In this document: positions 23,101-36,500 of the stretch, piece by piece
Position numbering within the stretch: the first letter of the stretch is position 1
Layout: the number at the start of each line of letters is the position of its first letter
Origin: Hormiphora californensis
Taxonomy: Eukaryota; Animalia; Ctenophora
NCBI GenBank assembly: GCA_020137815.1
Contig: CM035352.1
Location: 9,114,001-9,178,000, forward strand
Direction: 5' to 3'
DNA length: 64,000 nucleotides
Program-made: the position numbers and the translations under genes
Notes under the pieces: model-generated
Database searches by the model: none
What the model saw: the letters and a program-made list of their open reading frames with translations, nothing else
What the model was told of the DNA's origin: nothing

Positions 23101-24544
23101 TACAGGTACGATTACAATATCCTCCCCTATAACAGGTACGATTACCATATCGACAGTGGGGTATGGTGATATAGCCCCCAAAACAGTAGGAGGCAAGTTT
23201 GTTGGGGCTGCACTGGCTCTGCTCGGACTACCACTCATCGCTATACCCATGCCACTGATCATGTCCAAGTTTGATAGTTACTACCAGAACATTAAGAAGA
23301 AGAGGAAAGCTGTGGAGCTCAAGGAGCAGCTAGTTAGGGAGGAACAACTAATGCGAGAGGTAACAAAATGAACCTGTAGTATGAGAGATAGTTGTGAGCG
23401 TTGTGAGTAGGTGGCTAAATATAGGAGAATTATACAAGTCCTAAAAATATAGGCGAACGAATACTAATAGATTATCCACACCTGCAGCTATCTATTAGAT
23501 AGCAGGTGTGGATTTAAGTTTAAAGACAGAGATAGAAATAGAGATAGAGAGAGAGATAAGTGGAAGGAGAGAAATAGAGGTATGAGAAAGGGAGAGCAGT
23601 TTCAAAGAACATTCTTATGTTTAATCGCCTGCCAGGCCAATGCTCTGACCACAGTACTCACACCCTCTGACAGTTAATCGTTGGCATGGGCCCCATGGGG
23701 AGAGGGGGCCACGCGAGATGAATTCCTGAATGAACTAATTACCTGACACACTGTCCACTCATGAATAAACCAAACACATTCCTTAGCAGCTACCACCCCC
23801 CCCCCCCCCCCCTGACTCCATACTATTCTCAGGGAGGCCCACAACAACTGTGAACTGACACCCCCCCCCCCTCCACCACATATTCTCATTTCTCAGGGAG
23901 GCCCACAACAACTGTGAACTGACACCCACCCCCCCCCTCCCTAACACCACTATTTAATTCTCAGGGCGGCCCACAACAGCTAACGAGGAATGTGGTAGAA
24001 CAACAAGAGACACACAGAGACCTGATGAGTTGGGCTGATTTAGCGATGGACGGACTTGACTACTCAGCTCAGGTTAGATAGATATAGATAACCTGGCTAG
24101 CACAGGTTGGTACCGTGTTGACTGTTGGGGTAATAAAGAGCTGCCCTACCTCAAGTTACTTGTGATTGTGTTTCTGGGATTTGATAGTATAATGGGGGAG
24201 GGTAGAATAGTACGATATACTAATAAAACCCCCTCCTATAACAGCTAACCAAGTTTAACATAACCCCCTCCTACTGCAGCTAACACAGTTTGATACAAGA
24301 CCCGGACAACAATCAGAACATCTGTTCAGCTCTTCAGCAGTGTACGACACAACTAACGAATGCTTTGACAGTGAGAACAGATTGCGACGCTGTCTTAGCA
24401 CTCCCTCCCTTCGCCAGTAAACAACCAATCAGAACTCGTTATTTAGGTCACGTGACTAGTTATCAGCCAATCAGGGACCAGTATTTCAGTCTTAGCACTC
24501 CCTCCCTTCGCCCACTCAGCGCCACAGAGGGAACTATGGGGTGA
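17194..24544 (+). CDS. Shaker-family (Kv1-like) voltage-gated K+ channel subunit, divergent
   Basis: Phase-compatible exons 17194-17254, 17450-17559, 17757-17869, 20171-20299, 20446-20524, 21271-21420, 21810-21916, 22279-22472, 22668-22811, 23136-23359, 23965-24072, 24280-24416, 24490-24544. T1 domain (IIVSGQLFTTYDETLKTFPTSLLG...RRSFESILYFYQS), pore STVGYGD, S6 IAIPMP. The start and last three exons are less certain; an unspliced stop exists at 23371. Confidence 0.9.
17894..19571. mobile_element. Composite intronic element with a long terminal hairpin (18787-19572) and a nested 107-bp TTAA insert (18835-18941)
   Basis: ATTACTAATA direct repeat at 17884-17893 and 19572-19581. Arms tataccaaaactaattgaaattagtaggccggaaaggttg. 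Nested TTAA|GATTTGAGCTACC...GGTAGCTCAAATC|TTAA. Confidence 0.7.
20672..21306 (+). repeat. Six tandem copies of splice acceptor plus first ~36 nt of the Kv S1 exon
   Basis: ctttcag|AAACTGCAGAAGATGATTGAGTTGAAGAAGAAGTT starting at 20680, 20798, 20920, 21029, 21153 and 21271. Confidence 0.95.
22942..23150 (+). repeat. Six 30-32-nt GT...AG units duplicating the acceptor and start of the Kv pore exon
   Basis: GTACGATTACAATATCCTCCCCTATAACAG units; AG|GT at 22949, 22980, 23012, 23043, 23074, 23106 and 23136. Confidence 0.95.
24416..24489 (+). mobile_element. Short dispersed repeat ('QPIRTRYLGHVT' type) inserted with a 24-bp duplication; GT...AG bounded
   Basis: GTCTTAGCACTCCCTCCCTTCGCC at 24392-24415 and 24489-24512 flanks AGTAAACAACCAATCAGAACTCG...CAGTATTTCAG. 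Confidence 0.75.
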
Positions 24545-25209
24545 TTGCAGTGCAGTAGGATCTTTAGTCAGGGACTCTTTAAACAAAGGTCGTGTAAACA
24601 AGAACTGAACACTTTCTACTTATTCTTCCTCGAGGCTGCCTCAGCCCCGAAGTCCGAACTGAACTCTAACTAACTGTTGAATAAGAATAGGGGCGTTGTT
24701 GTTGAGCGTATCTGATTGTGCGTATTTCATTGTGCATTTTTGTGGCATGGATATTAACCAACTCTGCAGAAGTTTAACTATAAAATACTTTCGACTTGAA
24801 CAATTGTAAACACTGTAAAAAGTGTTTGAGTTTCTGCCAGACTGGGGGAAGGAGTAATCGCAGGTGTGCACTTTTTCAGTGACTGTCTGGCGGCGCTCAG
24901 ACCCCGATTTGATTCTTGACAGTGCAGTGCACTCAGATGGGGTCCTCGGCACCACACAGTTTAGCGAATTACAGCTCCTCAGTTCTTGTCGAAAAGCATG
25001 AGCATCATGGGAAATGCTCAGGTAGTGCACATTCAGGTCACGCCCACCAATCACAGCTCAGAGCACGCGGATCACAAGATCAAGAGCTGTCCTGTGCTGT
25101 GATTGGTCAAAACAGGTCACGCGGTGCGCTACCTGAATAATTCATGCTCATGATGAAGGGTTTCGCAGGAAAAAATGGTCAGATTTTTAAATGAGTTTGG
25201 GTGCCGTTA

Positions 25210-25499
25210 GGGGAAACTCTAACTGAATGACATCCCATTAATGGGATCCCATCAACAGTAAAACTCTAACTGATAATGGAACACAGTGATGGTTCTTTCT
25301 CTGTATTCTCTCTGTAGGCAGTACATCTATGTACTGCCTACAGAGAGAATACAGAGAAAGAACTATAGGGCATGCCCGGGCGTGGGCGCGCACACAGAGA
25401 GAATACAGAGAAAGAACCATCACTGTGGTCCATTATCAGTTAGAGTTTTACTGTTGATGGGATCCCATTAATGGGATGCCATTCAGTTAGAGTTTCCCC
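25210..25499. mobile_element. PIF/Harbinger (Tourist-like) palindromic MITE
   Basis: TIR GGGGAAACTCTAACTGAATG, TSD TTA, long near-perfect arms. Confidence 0.9.
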
Positions 25500-25582
25500 T
25501 TACGATCTAGCCTCTGGGTGTTTGCTAGGGGGTTTGCTAGCATGTTTACAGGTGCACGCTGCCAAAAAGTACCCTGCACTAA

Positions 25583-25970
25583 AATCATCATCATCATCAT
25601 CAATAAACATTTAATATACCGCTTTATAGCATATATTGGTAAGATAACACTTAAAAAAGATAAAACTTTACGGATACCTTCCTGCTTTCAAAAGCGGTTT
25701 TTCTCTACTTGATCAATAAATTAGAGTCCATGAGCTAATGTTTATATAAATATCTAATTGTCCCTTGGTGCTTCTAACACCCTGTTTCCACGGATTATGT
25801 AGCGACTTCCAGGGGACTGCTTTGCCTTCTCCTTCAGTTCAATCACTAGCTGCTTCCGTTCTTTCCGTTCTTCAACAGTTCTATCAGGAGAAAGAAAAAC
25901 TTTACCAAACTTGTCGTTCCCTTTCAGCAGGGATTTCTTCGACAGGAGTGACATTTGAGCCGACACTGCA
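25583..25970 (-). mobile_element. 5'-truncated non-LTR element: ORF1 C-terminus, short 3' UTR and (TGA)n tail
   Basis: VFLSPDRTVEERKERKQLV aligns with [19 protein letters not shown] of the 42870-43925 ORF. Stop at 25754, tail at 25585-25602. Confidence 0.75.
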
Positions 25971-26650
25971 AACTTTTTAGTTTTTTTATGGATTTTATGA
26001 CGTAACGCGCGGAGAAACCAGCGCGGTCGCGGTTGATCTTGGAATACGCTGCAGCCATCATACGCGCGCTCCCCTGCACCGCGCCGCCGCGCAATGCGAT
26101 CCGAACGACGTGACGCGAGGTAAAAAAACTCGATCCGTTTTGGTTTTTTTTTCTTTTCGAAAAGGGAGGCTTCACTCTTCAGCCTTCAGGGTTGAAAATC
26201 GCTGGCTTATCCCGCGCTGCGTGTGGCGCATAACTATTTCCAATAGAGTCAGCAGCGTTTGTTAAATGGGGGATGGCGGGAGTTAAAATCTGGGTGCCTT
26301 CCAATGCTAACAACTCATCGATTTTGGCGGTCGAGACGGGTTAGGACTGTTGTTATGGTCTGCATTCTGGTTAGGGTTTGGTTTGGGGTTATCGGATATC
26401 GGTCAGTTCTATCGATTGTCCATCAGACACTGTTAAGTTTACTAAATTTGGCCTTGTGGTTGCGTGGCTATAGCCGTTTGAAAAAAAGCCAGCCTAGAAA
26501 AGCCAGCCTAGAAAAGCCAGCCTCCTCAGTACTGTCGCTCGACCCGAGCGACAGTACTGAGGAGCTGAGCGAGGTTTCCGATAATCGTTTAGTAGATCCC
26601 ACCGCCATCTCCCTTCGTCAGAAGACGCGATCAAAAGACCTTAGACCTCA

Positions 26651-26862
26651 GGGGAAACTCTAGCTAGATGGACGTGCAATAATGATGGTTTATAATTGCC
26701 AAAACTCTACTGTATGAATCATGATGGAGTTCATCACTGAGAATGCGTGACCATGACTGTGTGTCTGTCATCGTGCGCTACGTAATAGCCTGTTTTACGA
26801 GCCGAATGGGGCAAATCCTGTGAACCATCATTATTGCGCGCCCATCTAGCTAGAGTTTCCCC
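26651..26862. mobile_element. PIF/Harbinger-like MITE
   Basis: TIR GGGGAAACTCTAGCTAGATGG (first 12 bp shared with the 25210 element). Flanks TCA/TGA. Confidence 0.75.
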
Positions 26863-27678
26863 TGAGGTTGACAAAGGAGTTCCTATTACGCATATCTCAA
26901 TATGCGTGGGTTCTAGAGCACTGAGCATGATCCAGGGATGAGGGCTTTTCTTAAATGTGAAGTTGTTTAGTGCTCACTGTGGTGCAGACTCTGCCTCAGA
27001 GTGATTGTGTTAGAAGGGTCCATGTAATCGGAGAAATAGTACATCTCCAACAGAATTCACGTACTTCTAGCTATATAGCTTTCCAGTTGTTCACTCAGAA
27101 CTCATATTGATATTATTCTTGATAAGGTTTTACAGAGAATTAACAAGAGGGTTGTGGAGCAAATGTTTCTTTCCATTCCGTGATGATATACCCTAGACAG
27201 AATTAGAAGTAGCTGCACCTTTCTAAAGACTTGCCTATGTCGTACAAGCTCAACTCCAAGGAATCTTTTTCGGCGGCTAAACGCCGGATAGAGAATGTTC
27301 AAGTGATAAGTCTGCACATTACACATTGTACAATGTTGACTGTGCAGTGTGCATACAGCCCTAGCTTAGCCCATTGCCCACAGCCCATACCTCACAGTAC
27401 AGACAATAACGGCTATAGAGTGTAGACCCACTGGCCACATGGAATCAAAACGCTTCCAATGTCCAGGCACAGACTCATTTTCTCCCCCCCCCCTCTCTAT
27501 CTAGCTATTTCTCTAGCTATCTCTCTCTCTCTTTTGTCCACATCCAATTTCTGCCAATCGACATTTCCCATCAAATTTCTGATTTTTGGTAAAACACATA
27601 AACCAATTCGACGACTTTTGCTGGAGTCGCTTATTACCTCTTCTCATGCATTTATCTCCTCCCGCTGCCGCCATATAT

Positions 27679-27810
<132 letters not shown>

Positions 27811-29360
27811 AGTGCTAGATTTAGAAGGTACACGCGTAACGTGCTCGAGAGGATCGTGGATTGTGACCTTATTTGGGCATAGAAAGTGTTTCTCCCCTCT
27901 CCTCCCCTCTCCTTGCATCCAGATAGAGTGATCCTTCTTCTCCTTCCCCCCATTTCAATCTGAATAAATGTTTCCTCAATTCGACATGTTTCGTAGTTCG
28001 AATAACTGTCCAGTGGACAGTGTCCACTCTTTCTGGGAGTTCCAGGAGGCACTGCCGTGATTAATATCTTTAGGCTTTACCTCCAATCCTTACCAACACA
28101 GATTGCTGGTGATGTGTGGGTGATGCGTGGTATTTATTGGTATTTATTGGTATCTACACCATGCATTTTAGTGAATTAGCACATGATCAATGTTCATTGA
28201 ACATCCTTCTAAGTTCATATTGATTAAAGGCAAGGATACAATGTAAGCAACTCAAGAATTGTAAAGATCAGCCGGTAGAAGTCTACCTCACACCGAGCGT
28301 GTAATTGTGGGCGGCCCACAATGTGGGCCACACCACACAAGTTGTATGATCACCCCCATGGGTATATCTTGATCGAGATATGATACAGATAAGGTAGTTG
28401 TTCTGGGATGTATATCTTAGTGTATCATTACCAGGACTACTGCAACGTAGCACCCTAATGTCAATATACCTTTATGATTAGATGATCAAACAGATCCTTG
28501 TCCCCTACGGCCCTTAAACTCCCCCTCTCTCTATATATATTTCTCTCGTTCTTCCTCTCTCTTTCCATTTATCCCTCTCTTTCCATTTCTCTCTATCTCT
28601 CTCAGTAGCTACCTTGATCAATCAATACACTCTACACTGGCCTTGTTCTACGTTGCTTGTCCATGATATACATGTGCATTGTACTGCATCATGACAGTCA
28701 GTGTGAAAGCTACACAATATCTTTAGCTACTCTCCAAAGCTGTTTGTTAGCTCAATTTCAGTACTTGTTCTTCTTGTCTCCACGCACTAAAAGTTATACA
28801 TCTTGTTTCTTTCTCTGCTTGTTTTTAAGAGTTTTTCTGTTCAAGCTAAGTGTAACTCTGGTATGCATGAGCATTCCTCAACTTGTGCAATTACATGACG
28901 ACTGACATTGTTCCTACCCGTTCCTACCATTGTTTAGATATATCTAGGGACTAGATATTGTCACTAGTCACTAGTCACTAGAGATTTTAAAACTTCGATG
29001 TTTTTAAATATCCTCAATTCATTTTACACAGTAGCCTATATGATTACTGTCAGCTATACTGTCCTAGTTAGACTAGTGAGACTATAGCGACATTCTACAA
29101 CTGCTATAATAACAGGGGACATACAACCTAGTTGGGGTCCAAGTGATTAGGATAATTTTACAATTTAGTGAAAGAGAATACATGTGCACACAGTCGTGTG
29201 TGTTGTTACAGCTAGGGGGGGGGGGCTGGGGTGGGGGGAAACTAGGGGGGATAATATATGGTCCCCATATTCTACATGAGGGAGATGTCAGTTGTAACTG
29301 CTTACTAGATAGTTCTTTAGTATTCCCAGTATAACTACAACAATGTTTCCTATAGCTGCT

Positions 29361-32318
29361 ATGGCAAACAGAGGACCTGCCTATGGGCTAACGGCTGAAG
29401 TACAGAAGAAGGTATGTACCATCTTGTCAACTATCATGTCCCCTACATGTACCGGCTTGTGTCATGATTCTGTGAGGGTTTGGTATATCAACTATTTGGA
29501 CGGCCCTCTGATTATCGTGTCCCACCCCCCTGATATTATACTGTGTAATAACTACACTACTACACTACTGTAGTTACTATACGACACATTTGTTTTTGTT
29601 AGCTTCTCTTTGTGGCTTTGTGTGTGTTTGTGTGTGTGTTTGTGTGTGTGTTTGTGTGTGTGTGTGTGAACCATTGAAAGACAATGGAACGAAATAAACA
29701 AAACATGTAGGCCACACTACACAACTATCACATCTCTATTTAGTATGGAAACTCTCTCTCTCTCACTCACACTAAAAAGAGACATAAACATTCTGAATAT
29801 AATATTACATCTCTGGACGACTGCCCAGGTGTCTCTTCTTTAGCTTTTCTCTTCTCTTATAAAGAGTCTATTGTCTACATCTTAGCTTGGAAGATTCTCA
29901 CCTTTCAGTCTGGCCCTTTCTCGAATCTACTATTCTATCTCTCACCATCTCTCTATGTCTCTATTTCTCTCTCAGATAGAAGACCAGTACGATTTGAAGT
30001 TGGAACAAGAATGTAAGGATTGGATTTCTGCAATTCTAGGGGAGCCTTTTCCAGACGACTCTACTTTTCATGAGGCATTAAAAGACGGCACACTGCTCTG
30101 CAGGTTCGTAGTTCAAAAAGAGGACCTCGAGTAATTTGTAACTTTTAGATTCCGTTTTTATGTTGAATATTTAGGTCTCCTAATATCTCTGGAATGTGAT
30201 ATAGTCGCACACTGAGTAGTTGAAATATAGAGCTGTAGTAGTGGGAAGATCGTTTTACAACGTGTGTGTGAAACTTTCTGAAATCTCTGCAGGATCAGTG
30301 ACTTTAAAAGAGACGGTGCAGTAACGCGCGGTGACTTGGTTGCGCGCAAAGTATCATACCACAGCACACAATTCACCTTCTCATTTCACGCTGCCCGGGT
30401 CCGAAATATTGGAATGGCGCCAAAACTCGACCTGGGAGGGTCTCAGTCGACAGTCATGTGCTGGGAAGATATTCTTGCTGACTGAGGCCTTCCCACATAG
30501 CCTCACAACATTGAACCTTAGTGTGTGACGTGTGTGAAGATGGTGAAAGAGAGTTAGACTGATTCGGCGTGACAGTGTTCTCTTGGCAGCGAAGCTGCCA
30601 ACTTCGTCGGAGACGCCACGTACAGGGGATAGCGCGACGTGCCCAAGTTCTTCTCCAACAAGTATGACTGTGAACTGTGAAGCCGAAGGTGTGTGATTCG
30701 AAATGACTGCTAGCAGTTTTACAGTGCAGCTGCTACAGCTGAGTCACCTGGCAATTCAATGCTAGAGCTGCCAAATCTGAATGTGAGTAGCGTGTGTACA
30801 TCATTTGAAAGAAAAGCTTTATGATCTATAGCTATGCTAAGAAATAGTTAGAAAGATATTACTGGGCCAGCTATCACTATCAGATCCAATTATCTGTCAG
30901 GGCAAATATAATTTGAACCATCGGCGTGGTGACCGGGTGACCAATTTTACACTTCATATTTAACACTCCACTCTCTCTCCTGCAGGGTAATGAATGTGAT
31001 ATGTCCAGGGAGTATAAAGAAAGTTAACAACAGTAAAATGGCATTCAAAATTGTAAGTTCTACTCCTAAGATATCTGTTGATGACTTTACTTTTTGATTT
31101 AGATAATCAAGTTACCCAAAATCTGCCTGGCTCTGCGACCCTATCTGAGCGTACTGATCAAATGGGGCCGGGTATGGCGCCGCCATACAGCCCAAAATCG
31201 TGCAACGCCTTATCATATTTAACAAAGAACCTCCGCCTTATAAGTCATTAGATAACCAATAACCATGTATCATGGGTAGGCGGTAAATGTTAACCAGATC
31301 TGAGAGAAAACGTACGTGCAAAACCATGTTTTTGTCCATAACTCAGTCATTTCTTGACCAATTTGCAAAATCTTGGGCGCGTTGGAAAGAGGACATTGAG
31401 CTCTTTCAAATGAGCCAAATAAAACTAAAATCGGCGCAAAAAGCGCGGCGTCATGGCGCAAAATGCGCGTTTTCGCCACCACGCCGCGCAATTTGCGCCA
31501 ATTTTCATTTTCTTGAGCTCATTTGAAAGATCTCGATGTCCTCTTTCTAATGAGCCAAAGATTTTGCAAATTGGGCAAGAAATGGCTGAGTTATGGGCAA
31601 AAACGTGCGGAATTCTCACAGATCTGGTTAACATTTACCGCCTACCTGTATCATGGCAGCAGAGATTGACATGGCAATAACACCTCTTCTCCCACGACAG
31701 ATGGAGAACACTAATTTCTTCCTAACTGCTGGAGTGGAACATTTAGGAATTCCTAGATCAGAACTCTTCCAAACAGTAGACCTTTACGAGGGGACAAACA
31801 TGACCCAAGTCTTGTGGGGACTTACCGCCGTCGCTCGATATGTGAGTCACTGACACACATAACAGTCTCAAGTTGATCTAAGTACCTGATTCTTCAACCA
31901 CAAGTCTTCTTGACTCACAATTCCATTATCTTTGTAGTTTCACCGCGTCAACTCTCATCTAATCTAGGCCTGGAGGCTGCAGTGCGACAAAATTGAATTT
32001 TTAATGGATTCGACGGAAACTCCAGCCAAATTTGTTGGCCCTATCTTTAATCATTTGATTTGTTGTCCACTTCTTCGAGCGAATTTTTGACCCATTCTGA
32101 GAATATTTAAATCACGGCTCATTTCTCCCTCTTTCTTTCAGGCACGACGAAAAAACAAAGATCTGCCAGCTTTAGGACCCGATTTATCGGCCAGGAATGA
32201 ACGGAACTTCGACGAAGCGACGCTGAACAAAGGCCAGTCGATTGTGGGTATGCAGGCAGGAGGGTTCAAGGGGGCTAACCAAGAGGGGATGACATTCGGC
32301 AGACCACGTGCTCTCTAA
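29361..32318 (+). CDS. Transgelin/calponin family (myophilin/MP20-like) actin-binding protein
   Basis: Exons 29361-29411, 29976-30103, 30986-31052, 31701-31841, 32142-32318. MANRGPAYGL start, CH domain (LKDGTLLC...ELFQTVDLYEG) and a single calponin repeat (IVGMQAGGFKGANQEGMTFGRPR). Confidence 0.95.
31275..31646. mobile_element. Mutator-like MITE in calponin intron 3
   Basis: TIR GGTAGGCGGTAAATGTTAACCAGATCTG, 9-bp TSD TGTATCATG. Confidence 0.9.
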
Positions 32319-33122
32319 CCCACGTGATAATTAGACAATCTGAAATATGTGCATGTGTTGCATGAAGTGTGAGATACGCGGAGAAGGGAAGGATTAGAGC
32401 CGGAGAGAAACTGAGATGAGATTAAGACACTGACGGAGAGAGCGGGGCAATAACTGTGAAATTGAAAGATGAATTGTATAATACCCAGCCACAATCCTTG
32501 CCTAACTAATATTCCTTGTTTTTCGTTTGAATACCAGTTTCATCGGATCGTACTCCTCTCTTTGGCTACCTGGAATTCCACAGTGGGTACTTTAAGGTGC
32601 TCCGTTATATGCTCCGAATCGGAGTTGGATTCCCAAAAGAACCGAAAATGACAGAATCCTATTTCTGAAAACCGCCGTTCCTCGAGGTAGCACTGCAGTA
32701 GTCATCCGATTAGATGAAATAAATTCATCTCTCCATCAATTAAATCAATGTCATACGAACCTGGCATCCTGCCCCCCTGCGCTTGGCATCATGTGAACAC
32801 AGCGGGAAATGGAATGGGGTATGAGATGGGTTGGTAATGGAAATGGGTAATCTAGATTGGTAATCGGATTATTTTATTGTTCATACCGTGGCGGACACAG
32901 TCGACTCAATAAGAGTCTCCAGTTACCACCACTCCTCTCTTCACCCTTCAATAGGATTCACGGACCAGTCTCCTCTCTTCACCCTATGATTCTCTTCACG
33001 GCCAGTTCCTCAGTTCCGTGGATCAAACTACCCCCGCCCTTATCTAGGAGGGGGGGGGTCAATGATTACATCAAATTATGGATGGGAATTCAAGAAGGTT
33101 AAATGGAGGATGAAAACTCAAT

Positions 33123-33330
<208 letters not shown>

Positions 33331-33563
33331 ATGCGAGAGAGAGAAGGAATTGAGAATAAGAAAAGGGTTTGAGAGAAAATGACAATCTCACGCGTTGAAT
33401 AACCTCCCTGTTAAAAATGTCACCTGACTACCTCACGTGATTCTCCCTTGTCCAGTCCGCCGCCGCCTCTTTTATACCACCACATACCGCCCCTCCATCA
33501 GCTGAGTCCCTGTTTTACTTGTTTTCCCGGTTTTGTGACACATTGTATATATCTGGTGATATA

Positions 33564-36500
33564 ATGGGACCCGCTGTGGCACCTAGTGATAGTGTCACAC
33601 CTGAAAAACAGGTTTCTAATAATGCAGAGGAGATAGATGAGGAGGAGAGAGAGCGACAGGAACTAGCTCTGTTGGGGTATAGAACTCCCTAACTGGAGAG
33701 GAGCAACACTGGTGGATAGGAGTAGATGGTGCAACCCTAAATTTGGAAAGACACTCGAACTAAGGTCAGTGCAGTGATTTTAGTGTTTTCCCACATGGTT
33801 TCCCAGTCCCCACCGTCTCCCCTTCACCTCCCCATACCTCCACCCTCAACCCGCCCCCCATTCCCCACTCTCTCCCCAACTACACCTCCTCATACCCCAC
33901 CCTCTCCCCTTCACCTCCCCATACCATGAACCCCACCCTCTACCCTATTGCAGTACTGCACCTCCCCATAACATCCCCCCACCCGCCCCAACTGCAAGTG
34001 CACCTCTCCCCTACTCCCACCCTCCGCTGTACCCGGATTATGAACTAACTAACTACGTGACCTGGTCTAACCAGTTTTATTGGAAGTACTCCCAAGTAGA
34101 AGAACTCAGTAGGACTGTCTTTGTGCAAGCTATTAGCTCATTTTGGACCAAAATCCCTGCATTCCCTCCCCCATTCTTGTGAAGTTTTCCCCACTGCATG
34201 TAGCTAAATATTTTCAACACCTGATACTTTTTCGCTGTCATTCGATGAGAGAGAGTGAGAGTGAGAGAGAGACAGAGTGAGAGAGAGAGTGAGAGAGAGA
34301 GAGAGAGAGACAGAGACAGAGAAAAAGAGACAGAGAGAGACAGAAAGACACAGATAGAGAAAAAAGAGAAAGCAAGAAACCAGGATTATTTCAGTTCTCA
34401 AAATTAGATTTTTCTTTTCAAGTTCACGATGGTCGTTAGTGCATTAAATTAGAGTATATATTCTCCCTCTCTTTTTCTCTCTAGAGATGGGGTGAAGAAT
34501 GAACTTGAAGTAAACTATCATAACAGTCATTTCTCCCTAATTCCTCGTTGTATTACCCAACCCCTCCCCCCTCCCCCAATTTTCTTCATCATCCTCATAG
34601 CATAGAGATTTATCATTTTAACATTCAAATCACAATTCTCTACCCACTTCCACTCCAAACTATAACCACTGCAACACCCCTCTACCTCTATAAATGGCAA
34701 GTCCGAATAAAGCAACCATGTTCCCCCAAACTAACAATCTCCCCCTCCCCCAGGTTCAACTAACAACCTCCCCCTCACCCAGGTTTAACCCGATAGTGGC
34801 TCCCTGTGCCTTTCTGCTAGTAGCAACATTTGTAACATGGTGTATTTTGGACAAAGATGCCAAGAACAAGTTTAGCACTGCCAAAACAGTCATCACTGAG
34901 GCATTTACTTGGCTATACATCGCATCTCTGGTAAGTAGTGTCGGTTTTACATGTTCTTTTGGAGCTAGAGGTAGTGGCATGGGGCTTGGGAGCAAGGGCT
35001 AAGGTGGCACAGGGGTGGGACTGGGGAGGAATTGTCAGGTTAGGACATGGGGCAATAACCAATGGGGGCAAGGGAATGAACTGTTCATTGAACACGTGGG
35101 GCATACATCAGCTGGGATTTCCATTGCCGCTGGGAGCTGCACGTTGTAGGCCATGTCCTTCCAGCTGGGTTTTAACCAATGGGGCTGCTGCTTCATTATA
35201 GGGCCATGTTCTTCTTCCAGAAGGTTCTGAGTAGCATTTGACCGGTTAATATTCTAATAAAGATAAATTACAGTCTTATCTGACGCGGTTAATTTGTTGC
35301 CCTATATAATTTAGTGGGGTCACCCTTTAATCTTCTCCACCCCTTACAAAACGAGATTAGGAGAGAAATTTTCCCAGGGACATGTGTTTGAATCTGTGGG
35401 CGACTGAGACAGAGAGAGAGATTGGATAAGTTCCTCATCTCTTTACAATAATTGTTGCAACAGCTTTTTTCCCAATTTTTTGCGTTATTCGATACCGTGC
35501 CGCATGACAAGGTTAAGGACCAGCCGTCCATTCGACACAATTTTCAGCTGAATAGTGAAGAATCTAGGAGTTTAGACTGTAGAGGATCTGTAGGGTTAGA
35601 AGAGAGTGAGAAGATTGGATTGACTGAAAATTAGTTGAAACTTGGCCGTCATTTTTTTGTGATTCGTGATCGTATCAGATCATGTTATTATGGCCATGCC
35701 TGATAGCATAGGTTTTATCGGTTTTAACTAACTAATCCTCCATTCCAGGACATATGGGCGATTGTTATTGTGTTGATATACGCCAGTAAATATGGGAAAC
35801 TAAAATTAGGTAAGTGATGTTCTATCTGCTAGACATTTCCCCACCTATAACTTTCACAATATCACTCAGTAGCTCCCCCCGGTCCCCCTCCCCCCACGTT
35901 GGTGCCGCTGCTTGGGCTCCAAGAGGGGCTCCAAGAAAGGGGCGGGCCTGTTTTTAACAGTTGGTAACCATGTTTTATCTAAATTACCCTTCATAAAACA
36001 TGTGACGTATTATACAGCACCACTGCCCTCTTATCGCACCCCAGCACCTCTCTCTCCAAGCAGGGGTTGTATATGTGAATATGAAGTCACGTGATTACAC
36101 ATGTTGACATGTTCCCGGGAACATGTATGTGAAATCCCTAACTCGCCCCTCTCGCCCCCCCCCCCTCCCCTTCCTTTAAACTGGGGTAAGGGGCCGCCAA
36201 ACCGCCATGAAGAAGACGAGATAAAGAAGTTAGGAAGAATAAGGAATTTGGGTTTACAAAAGTTTATCTCCATAATATTATGGGCGCATGTCATTCAGCA
36301 TCTCGATATAAGGCTGACACACATTTAACCTAATTAGATAATGATATTTAGCTAGGGGAGACCTAGAAAATATTTTGAATGGTAGGATTCTCTTGTTGAC
36401 TTTGATCCTCAGTACGAATTCTTGTTATGTTCTAACCCTCCTTTACATTTGTGTTTCGCGGGCGGGGTGCGCGAAACACAGTCTAGCTAGGCAAACGGAT

